This document shows positions 1 to 7,096 of a stretch of 30,299 bases of DNA, in pieces (the first letter of the stretch is position 1; each line of letters opens with the position of its first letter). This DNA is from a virus. Its lineage: Duplodnaviria; Caudoviricetes. Location: the IMG/VR virus record IMGVR_UViG_3300014208_000104, positions 1 through 30,299 of that record; one strand, given 5' to 3'. Position numbers and translations under genes: made by a program. The notes below the pieces were generated by a model. That model did not search any database, had not been told where the DNA came from, and saw nothing but the letters and a program-made list of their open reading frames with translations.

Positions 1-1
1 C

Positions 2-64
2 CGCCGCGTTGCCGATGCGTTCGAGGACGTGGCGGCTGTCATTGCCAAGGAGGGGACGAAATGA
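2..64 (+). CDS. 3' end of a hypothetical phage protein (partial)
   Basis: Open frame RRVADAFEDVAAVIAKEGTK* whose TGA overlaps the next ATG (ATGA at 61-64). Confidence 0.5.
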   Translation, partial: RRVADAFEDVAAVIAKEGTK

Positions 65-183
65 GTGACCGAGACAAGGTGCTTCGCGCTATTGTTTGGG
101 GGTGTTCCGCCGCCGGACGTAGAGGTGAAGACTTGCCGCTATACTTCGAAGCATTTTGCATTGTGTGGGAGGTTATGAAATGA
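61..183 (+). CDS. Small hypothetical protein (40 aa)
   Basis: SD AAGGAGGGG upstream; MSDRDKVLRAIVWGCS...WEVMK*; ATGA coupling at both ends. Confidence 0.6.
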   Translation: MSDRDKVLRAIVWGCSAAGRRGEDLPLYFEAFCIVWEVMK

Positions 184-1379
184 ACGACATGCGCGAGACG
201 CTGGAATATTTCGCTCATATCCACGCACCGTCTCATCCAAACATGACGACGCATGAGGCAGAGGAGTCCTATCTAGCGCAACTCGAAGACATCCGCCGAC
301 GAGCGCGTAAGACCCTCCTCTCCGTCCCACCCGCCCCCGCATCGGACGCGAGGGAGATGATAAATCAAATTCTTGATGCACTATACCCCGAGCAGGGCAT
401 CTCTCGCGAAGAGGGCTATCGACAGGCGATGGCTGTTGTTGCTCGCCACGACGCCGCCCTCCTCGCCTCGCGGCAGGGGGGCTGGATAAGCATCAAGGAG
501 AGGCTTCCCGAGCCCAAACAATCGGTATTGGTGATACTGGATACTAATAATAGCCACTATTCCGGGCAGATGCACGTTTGTCGATTTTCTCCATTTGACT
601 ATGGAGATGGAAAGCCGATTCCCGAGTTTTCTATGCCGGGATTCGGCGGGCTATCTGCAAGTCACTGGATGCCGCTACCCCCGCACCCCGAGCTGGGCGC
701 CTGCGCTCCGAGTGAGATGGCGCTAGCGCGTGAAATGTCCAAGACCGTGCCGACCGGAGAGCCTGCCGGGTCGCTCGCCTTTCCCATTATCGTCGAAGAA
801 CTGCTATCGGATCGCGAAGCAAAGAGCGAGTATGTCCAAGCGGCAATCATTTTGCTTCGGGGGATATTCCAACGCCTCTCCCCGAGCGAGACGGCACCCG
901 AGGGCGGAGAGGGCTTGGAACCGGGCGAACCCATCATGAAGGGAATGTGTCCTTGCTGTGGAAATCCACTGCAAGTCATGGTTGGCGACGATGAGGGGAA
1001 AGCAACCGTCCTCGGGCTCGATGGGAGAGGCGGCATAGTACCCCGCTGCGATAGAAAGTTGGACTGGACAGGGAACTCCGATGAATCGCCGATCGAGCCT
1101 AACCACCTCGAAAGGTTACGGAGAGTCCCTATGTCCGAAACCCGACTTCTCTTTTCACCGCAAGAGGCAGCCGAGGCCCTCGGCGTGTCCATCATCACAA
1201 TTCGAAGGGCATTTTACGCGGGGCGCTTGTCTGGCGTCAAAATTGGCAAGTTAGTGCGCTTCCGACGCGAGGCCATTGAAACCTTCATTGACGTATCCGC
1301 CATCCCAGCAGGCGGCCAAAAATGGACGCGCACCGCGAAACCCCGGGCAAGGGGCGGGGCGCATCATTCAACGCCTTGA
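180..1379 (+). CDS. Mosaic phage early protein with DUF551-like module and C-terminal excisionase-like HTH
   Basis: ATG 180 after GGGAGG; WISIKERLP...SHWMPLP (DUF551-like); CPCC motif; LFSPQEAAEALGVSIITIRRAFYAGRL...IGKLVRF (MerR/Xis-type HTH). Confidence 0.75.
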   Translation: MNDMRETLEYFAHIHAPSHPNMTTHEAEESYLAQLEDIRRRARKTLLSVPPAPASDAREMINQILDALYPEQGISREEGYRQAMAVVARHDAALLASRQGGWISIKERLPEPKQSVLVILDTNNSHYSGQMHVCRFSPFDYGDGKPIPEFSMPGFGGLSASHWMPLPPHPELGACAPSEMALAREMSKTVPTGEPAGSLAFPIIVEELLSDREAKSEYVQAAIILLRGIFQRLSPSETAPEGGEGLEPGEPIMKGMCPCCGNPLQVMVGDDEGKATVLGLDGRGGIVPRCDRKLDWTGNSDESPIEPNHLERLRRVPMSETRLLFSPQEAAEALGVSIITIRRAFYAGRLSGVKIGKLVRFRREAIETFIDVSAIPAGGQKWTRTAKPRARGGAHHSTP

Positions 1380-1810
1380 ATCTACCCCTGCCGCCGGATC
1401 GGGATACGACCTACACCATTCTCGGCGAGAAAATCGAGGAATATGTCGCCAATGCAACAGCTGCCGCTCGCAATCACGCCGAAGTTTGGATGCACAAGGT
1501 GGAGGACATCCGGGTCGAGGTGAACAAGCAGGCCGACGAGCTAGCAGCCCTGCGCGCCGAGCGGGACCGGCTACGGGAGGCGCTAGGGCGGATTGCCCGC
1601 AATGGCAAAATGTCTACTGCGAGCAACGCCGACGAACGGCTGGTTGATTGCGTGGCGCTTATCAACTCCATGATCGACGAGGCCCGATCAGCTCTTGTCC
1701 AGCCAAACCATATTGCCGACATCAGCAAAATGGTTGGGCCTCCCTGTTCGATTTGCGGAGCAACCAACGGCATGCACTGGTTCCACCCACACGAGCCGGG
1801 GCACCCTTGA
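1322..1810 (+). CDS. Hypothetical coiled-coil phage protein
   Basis: ELAALRAERDRLREAL coiled coil; C-terminal CxxC and His cluster; stop lies at the downstream promoter. Confidence 0.6.
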   Translation: MDAHRETPGKGRGASFNALNLPLPPDRDTTYTILGEKIEEYVANATAAARNHAEVWMHKVEDIRVEVNKQADELAALRAERDRLREALGRIARNGKMSTASNADERLVDCVALINSMIDEARSALVQPNHIADISKMVGPPCSICGATNGMHWFHPHEPGHP

Positions 1811-1835
1811 CCCCCACGCCCTAATGGGATACAAT
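1807..1835 (+). promoter_or_regulatory. Sigma70-type promoter of the ParB/ABC-GNAT operon
   Basis: TTGACC (1807-1812), 17 nt, TACAAT (1830-1835); SD GGAGGG before ATG 1868. Confidence 0.75.
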
Positions 1836-1840
1836 AGAAT

Positions 1841-1856
1841 TGTTTCACGTGGAACA
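1841..1856. promoter_or_regulatory. parS: parS-like palindrome (ParB/Spo0J binding site)
   Basis: TGTTTCACGTGGAACA, the reverse complement of TGTTCCACGTGAAACA (Bacillus-type parS); palindrome extends to ATTGTTTCACGTGGAACAAT. Confidence 0.85.
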
Positions 1857-1867
1857 ATGGAGGGTGC

Positions 1868-2449
1868 ATGGCTGAAACGATCCGAATAGCTTGCACGGGC
1901 TCGGACATGCTCCCCCTCGACCAGATCGAGGACTTTCAGAGCGGCCTGAAAAGGCGCGGCAAGAAGGAAGTCGAGCAGATAATCACGTCCATCCTCAAGT
2001 TCGGGTTCTCCTTCCCCTTCTACGTCTGGAACGGCACCGGCCACAACTACTGCCTTGACGGCCACGGGAGGCTTGCCGCCCTCGCCGAGCTTCGCCGCCG
2101 TGGCACGAGCCTGCCGACCTTCCCCGTGGTCTACGTGGATGCTGCCGACGAGGCCGAGGCCAAGCAAAAGCTTCTCCGGCTCAATAGCCAATACGGCACC
2201 ATGAGCATCGACAGCGTGCTCGAGTTCATGGACGGGCTGGAGATCGAGGGGGAGGAGCTGGCGCTTCCGAGCGGGACGCTGGAATTGGATTCATCCGAGA
2301 TGAACACGGTGGCCTCAGCCGGCGCGGACGAGGTGGGCTACCACGAAAAAATAGAGATCATAATTTCCGCTTCGGGCGACGAAGAAGCGGAAGCGCTTTA
2401 CGGCGAGTTTGTCGAAAGGGGGCTTAAGTGCCGCATTTCGACATTGTGA
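1868..2449 (+). CDS. ParB/Srx N-terminal-domain protein, no HTH
   Basis: SILKFGFSFPFYVW...LDGHGRLAAL...PVVYV...EAKQKLLRLNSQYG is a typical phage ParB-like domain. Confidence 0.85.
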   Translation: MAETIRIACTGSDMLPLDQIEDFQSGLKRRGKKEVEQIITSILKFGFSFPFYVWNGTGHNYCLDGHGRLAALAELRRRGTSLPTFPVVYVDAADEAEAKQKLLRLNSQYGTMSIDSVLEFMDGLEIEGEELALPSGTLELDSSEMNTVASAGADEVGYHEKIEIIISASGDEEAEALYGEFVERGLKCRISTL

Positions 2450-3507
2450 AGCATAATGAGATCGAGGCGAAGTCTTTCCGTGTCGCCCAACTTTATGATC
2501 AATTCGATATCACCGGGGACAGGTTTGATGAACGATTCACCGGGGACATAGAGCCGCCCGAGTCATGGAGTATCGGCGTCATAGTCGGCAAGTCAGGCAC
2601 GGGCAAGACGACGATAGCTCGAGAATTGTTCGGCGAATATTTTGCGCACTTCGACTATTCGGCGTCTTGTGTTGTGGACGATTTCGACAAAAGCATACCG
2701 AGCGTCGAGCTTTTCGGGGTTCTCTCCTCAGTCGGCTTTGCTTCGCCACCTTCATGGCTCAAGCCTTATTCGGTTCTATCCAACGGCGAGAAAATGCGAG
2801 TCGATCTTGCTCGGGCCATTTTGCAAGATCAAGAGATCATTATTTTCGACGAGTACACTTCGGTTGTTGACCGAGAGGTGGCGCAGATAGGAAGTCTCGC
2901 TCTTCAGAAGAGCGTAAGGCGCGCCGGGAAAAGATTTATCGCCGTCACCTGCCATTACGACGTGATTGAATGGTTAGAGCCTGATTGGGTTTTTTCGACC
3001 GACGAAATGACAATGACAAGGGGGTCGGTTCGTCGCCCAAAAATCGATATTGAAGTTCGCAAAATTAAAGGGTTATGGGGAATGTTTAGGCGTTATCACT
3101 ATCTAAACCATGATATCAGCCGATCGGCTGATGAGTTTGTCGCGTTCTACCACGACAAGCCAATAGGGTTTAGCGCATGGATACATTTCCCCAATAACAT
3201 GGGCTTGTCGATGATGAAGGGTCATCGATTTGTGGTGCTACCTGACTATCAGGGAGTAGGGCTCAACTCCCGATTGGTCAACTTCTGCGCGGACTATTAC
3301 AACTCTAAAATAGATTTTGTGGGGATTACAACTTCGCATAAAGGTTTTGCAAAGGCATGGATGAGAGAAAAAAACTGGCGACTGATAAGAGCTGGTCATA
3401 CCTCGATAAATACAAATATCAAGGCATTAAATAAAAGCGTTTCATCAGCACGAAATACCTACTCGTTCCGGTATTTTCCAAAACGAGAGGGAGCCGCGAA
3501 TGTTTAG
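2428..3507 (+). CDS. ABC-type ATPase fused to Mom-like GNAT acyltransferase (putative DNA modification enzyme)
   Basis: Walker A GKSGTGKT, signature LSNGE, Walker B IIIFDE, H-loop VTCH; C-terminal RRYHYL...RFVVLPDYQGVGL acetyl-CoA motif. Confidence 0.85.
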   Translation: MPHFDIVKHNEIEAKSFRVAQLYDQFDITGDRFDERFTGDIEPPESWSIGVIVGKSGTGKTTIARELFGEYFAHFDYSASCVVDDFDKSIPSVELFGVLSSVGFASPPSWLKPYSVLSNGEKMRVDLARAILQDQEIIIFDEYTSVVDREVAQIGSLALQKSVRRAGKRFIAVTCHYDVIEWLEPDWVFSTDEMTMTRGSVRRPKIDIEVRKIKGLWGMFRRYHYLNHDISRSADEFVAFYHDKPIGFSAWIHFPNNMGLSMMKGHRFVVLPDYQGVGLNSRLVNFCADYYNSKIDFVGITTSHKGFAKAWMREKNWRLIRAGHTSINTNIKALNKSVSSARNTYSFRYFPKREGAANV

Positions 3508-3798
3508 GATCGGTTCATCGAACAGAACGGGACGGCGCAACACCCAGTGCCAATACCCCGCGAAGGCCCACGGGCTCGAACTGTCTTTGATGCAATCGAT
3601 GATTTCTACAGATCCGATGATTGCGCTCGGCACATGGGTATACGAGACATCCAAGGCAATGTCGGGGGTTGCTAGGCTTTGCGCTACATGGATCAAGACC
3701 CGACCACGAAACGACGTTCGCCACGAGCGATTTTCAACGTCCTTCGCCCCGGAGCAGATGAGCCAGGCCCAGGGGTTTTTTACGGTCAGCGCTTTCAT
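3445..3798 (-). CDS. ASCH domain protein
   Basis: MKALTVKNPWAWLICSGAKDVENRSWRTSFRGRVLIH...AIIGSVEIIDC...HWVL...RGSLSFW. Confidence 0.9.
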   Translation of the reverse strand: MKALTVKNPWAWLICSGAKDVENRSWRTSFRGRVLIHVAQSLATPDIALDVSYTHVPSAIIGSVEIIDCIKDSSSPWAFAGYWHWVLRRPVLFDEPILNIRGSLSFWKIPERVGISC

Positions 3799-3804
3799 AG
3801 CTCA

Positions 3805-3810
3805 ATTATA
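3805..3810 (-). promoter_or_regulatory. -10 box of a probable leaderless ASCH transcript
   Basis: TATAAT 6 nt upstream of the ATG; no SD. Confidence 0.55.
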
Positions 3811-3899
3811 CACCCAATTACTTACCGGAGCAGCAATCATCTCCAAAAAGATGGCGATTTATTGGCCTTATGGTATAAGGACTTCCGAAGGAATGCGCT

Positions 3900-4298
3900 A
3901 TGCCTAGAGGGAAAACCGAGAACCTTGTACCCCAGTCAAAGCGAACAAAGGCGAAACAAAGGGAAATCGCGCGCGAAGGGGGCAAGGCCTCTGGCGTCGC
4001 CCGCCGCGAGAAAAAGCTCATGTCGCAGATATATGGCGAGTTCCTGGCCGAGCGCTTCGCCGTCACCGTCGATGGCAAAAAACAGGACATGACCGGCGAG
4101 AAGCTGGTCAACCGCGTAGTCAAAAAGGTGCTGATTGCGGGCGGGCCGTCCGCCGTGTCGCTCATGCGCGAGATCCGCGAGGCGACCGAGGGCAGCAAGA
4201 TAGCCCATTCCGGCTCTGTCATGTTCGGCAACCTCTCTGACGAGGACCTTGAGAAGCTTGTAGCTGAAGAGATCGCGGGGCGGTCCGGTGCAAAATAG
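3900..4298 (+). CDS. Putative terminase small subunit
   Basis: Immediately upstream of TerL; ENLVP...REIAREGGKASGVARR basic N-terminus seen in TerS-position proteins. Confidence 0.65.
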   Translation: MPRGKTENLVPQSKRTKAKQREIAREGGKASGVARREKKLMSQIYGEFLAERFAVTVDGKKQDMTGEKLVNRVVKKVLIAGGPSAVSLMREIREATEGSKIAHSGSVMFGNLSDEDLEKLVAEEIAGRSGAK

Positions 4299-6720
4299 GG
4301 AGCTGGCCCAGGCTATCCTCGAGCTGCGCGCCCGCAAGGCCCGGAAGTCGCACCTAGACTTCATGACGTTCGCTTGGCGCGGGCTCGGTCAGTTCACGCC
4401 GGGCTTTCATACCCGGAAAATCTGCGAGCGGATTGACCGGGCCTTCGAGGACTACCGGCAGGGCCGGACCACCTACCTGCTGATCAACGTCCACCATCGG
4501 GCCGGGAAGGCGTTGCAGGTTGATACGCCTATCCCGACACCCAGCGGATATAGCCGAATAATAGATCTAACAATAGGAGATGAAATATTCAATGAGCATG
4601 GGGAAATATGTCGCGTATTGGCTAAGAGTCCGGTATACAAAGACAGGGATTGTTATGCAGTACATGCTAATGACGGGGAAATAATAATAGCGGATGGGGA
4701 ACATGAATGGGTTACGAGACAATGCCGACATGAAAAGAAGTTTTTGAGGCACACAACGGAATGGCTGGGTAACAGAACGTGTCTGTTGAGATCATTGATA
4801 GCGACGCAACGGTCGTTACAATTGCCCGATCGTAAATTATTAATTGATCCATACGTCTTTGGCTTATGGTTGGGCGATGGAAGATCGAATAACACCTTCA
4901 TTACTTCCGGGGTTAACGAAGATCAAACATTCATAAATAACGAGATAGTAAAGGCTGGATATAAGATCACACCGCATAAAGACAAGCGGAATACCAGCAT
5001 AATGGGAATATTGATAAAACTACGGGAATTGAATCTATTAAATAACAAACACATACCAATGGAATATAAGCGTTCGTCGATATCGCAGCGGATGGCATTA
5101 TTGCAGGGGTTGATTGATACCGACGGATATGTTGATCCGAGGCGGGGACTAATTGAGTTTTGTAATGTCAATAAAACACTGGCAGAAGACGTGCAAGAAC
5201 TCGTTTCATCGCTTGGGGTTAAATGCTCATTGAATGTTGGAGACGCGACAATAAATGGTAGGTTCATATCCAAAAAATACAGGGTCATGTTCTACATGGA
5301 GAACGCGGCTAGACTTCCAAGGAAACGCCAATATTCTCGTAATGGGACGAGACAGCCAGGAAGATATATAGATGTCCATCCATATGGCAAGGCTGACACC
5401 GTGTGCATCCAAACAACATCGCCTAGCGGGATGTTCCTTTGCGGCAAGACAATGCTTCCCACGCACAACAGCGATATCGTCTCTCGCTATCTTGGCCCTC
5501 ACTTCCTCGGCGAGTTTTCCGGCGCGGAGGTTATGCAGGTATCCTACGCTGCCGACAAGGCGACCGAGTTTTCAGCCTTCGCTCGCGGCGTGATAGAGTC
5601 CCCGCGCTACGGGCTCTGCTACCCCGGCCTTGTCTTGTCTACCGATACCAACCGCAAGGACCACTACCTCACTGACAAGGGCGGCGGGCTCATGGCGACG
5701 GGGCTACAGGGCCACATGACGGGCTCAGGCTACGCGCTGGGCATTCTCGATGACTATTGTTCGGGTCGCGCTGAGGCCGAGAGTGCCGTACAGAGGGACA
5801 ATGCGTGGAACGCCTTCAAGGACGACTTCATGACCCGCATCGCCCCGGTTGGGATTGTGCTTGTGCTGGCGACATGGTGGAACATCGACGACATCACAGG
5901 CCGGATTCTCAAGGCCATGAAGGCCGACCCCGAGTTCCCGCGCTTCGAGGTTATGCAATTCCCGGCCAAGGCTACTGACTACAAGGGCGATGGCGAATAC
6001 CCCTCGGAATATCTTTTCGAAGAGCGCTATCCCAAGACATGGTATCGGACGCAATATGCGACGCTCGGGCGCTATTCGGCCGCGGCGATTCTCGACTGCA
6101 ATCCCCAACCCCGAACAGGCGGGCGGCTCAACGTTGAGCATATCGAGTGGTACGATGAGCCGCCAAAGGACAAAAAACTATCGTGGGTCCGGGTTTGGGA
6201 TCTAGCCCACACCGCCAAGCAGCGCGGGGGCGACGATCCCGACTGGACGAGCGGGACGTACCTTGCCTTCGAGCGCCGGGCGGGGGACCCCGTGCCGCAC
6301 CTCTGGGTTGATCACGTCATGAGGACGCGAGATGATGCTACGGAGCGGGATGCGAAGATCAAGACGACGGCTAGAATGGACGGGCCCCGGGTACGCCAGG
6401 GTGTAGAGTCCTCGCTGGATTCCAAGGACGCATATCCTTATCTCAAACGCGCCATGCCCGAACTTTCATGGTATAAGATCAATATTCATGGCGAGGGCGA
6501 CAAGGCTATGCGCGCGACGCCCTTGGAGCCGATATTCGAGGCGTCCGGACACGTCCACGTCCGTCGCGGCGAGTGGAACGACGCATGGCTTGATGAGATT
6601 ATGCGTTTCGATGGCTTGACGGGGCACGATGACCAAGTGGACAATCTGAGCGCGGGGTATATAATGCAGATGGGCAAGCGGATGCGCGCGGGGCAATCAG
6701 CCGCCGCGCTGGGGCTATAA
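4288..6720 (+). CDS. terL: Terminase large subunit containing an intein (about 490 aa after splicing)
   Basis: Split Walker A HHRAGK/S, Walker B GILDD, nuclease motifs RVWDLA, DPDWT, HDDQVD. Confidence 0.95.
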   Translation: MQNRELAQAILELRARKARKSHLDFMTFAWRGLGQFTPGFHTRKICERIDRAFEDYRQGRTTYLLINVHHRAGKALQVDTPIPTPSGYSRIIDLTIGDEIFNEHGEICRVLAKSPVYKDRDCYAVHANDGEIIIADGEHEWVTRQCRHEKKFLRHTTEWLGNRTCLLRSLIATQRSLQLPDRKLLIDPYVFGLWLGDGRSNNTFITSGVNEDQTFINNEIVKAGYKITPHKDKRNTSIMGILIKLRELNLLNNKHIPMEYKRSSISQRMALLQGLIDTDGYVDPRRGLIEFCNVNKTLAEDVQELVSSLGVKCSLNVGDATINGRFISKKYRVMFYMENAARLPRKRQYSRNGTRQPGRYIDVHPYGKADTVCIQTTSPSGMFLCGKTMLPTHNSDIVSRYLGPHFLGEFSGAEVMQVSYAADKATEFSAFARGVIESPRYGLCYPGLVLSTDTNRKDHYLTDKGGGLMATGLQGHMTGSGYALGILDDYCSGRAEAESAVQRDNAWNAFKDDFMTRIAPVGIVLVLATWWNIDDITGRILKAMKADPEFPRFEVMQFPAKATDYKGDGEYPSEYLFEERYPKTWYRTQYATLGRYSAAAILDCNPQPRTGGRLNVEHIEWYDEPPKDKKLSWVRVWDLAHTAKQRGGDDPDWTSGTYLAFERRAGDPVPHLWVDHVMRTRDDATERDAKIKTTARMDGPRVRQGVESSLDSKDAYPYLKRAMPELSWYKINIHGEGDKAMRATPLEPIFEASGHVHVRRGEWNDAWLDEIMRFDGLTGHDDQVDNLSAGYIMQMGKRMRAGQSAAALGL
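4510..5469 (+). mobile_element. Class 3 (Ala1) intein with LAGLIDADG homing endonuclease, 320 aa
   Basis: Starts ALQVDTPIPTPSG; block B ADGEHEW; FGLWLGDG and LLQGLIDTDG; block F TVCIQ; ends PTHN/S; AT-richer than flanks. Confidence 0.92.
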
Positions 6721-6730
6721 GGGGGAGGGG

Positions 6731-6829
6731 ATGATGTTCGACGATGAGGCCAATGGCGGAAAGCCTTACCCGGTGGAATTCTACGATAATGAACCTATGG
6801 TTATCGGCACAATTCACAAATTGGAGTAA
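6731..6829 (+). CDS. Small hypothetical protein (32 aa)
   Basis: G-rich SD GGGGGAGGGG then MMFDDEANGG...VIGTIHKLE*. Confidence 0.4.
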   Translation: MMFDDEANGGKPYPVEFYDNEPMVIGTIHKLE

Positions 6830-7096
6830 ACCATGAACGGCGAGCAAATGTATGGCATGGTCCTTGTGTGCCGCGCTTATTATCAGATTCCAGGCAACAG
6901 CACGGGCGGAAGTCTCCATATCGTGCTTGACGACGGAAATATCGAAACCGAACACGTTGTTTTTTGTTCGGCCGAGGCGATAAAGGAAGCTGATATTGTC
7001 GGCGAAGGCATCGCCCACATGTTGCTGCAAATGTCGTATGATGAGCGCTCCGAGTTGCGCAACCATTATGCCGAATATGCGATGGAGTAAACCATG
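6822..7096 (+). repeat. 14-bp direct repeat TGGAGTAAACCATG flanking an inserted ORF
   Basis: Identical copies at 6822-6835 and 7083-7096, each containing SD, stop and start. Confidence 0.8.
6833..7090 (+). CDS. Hypothetical phage protein
   Basis: SD GGAG; GGSLHIVLDDGNIE motif. Confidence 0.7.
   Translation: MNGEQMYGMVLVCRAYYQIPGNSTGGSLHIVLDDGNIETEHVVFCSAEAIKEADIVGEGIAHMLLQMSYDERSELRNHYAEYAME

Noticed and set aside
2428-3507. ABC transporter
   Set aside because: No permease or substrate-binding genes; the ATPase is fused to a GNAT domain in a phage packaging context
3500-3907. Plus-strand 135-aa ORF with an SD-like GAGGGAG
   Set aside because: Antisense to a clear ASCH gene and has no recognisable features
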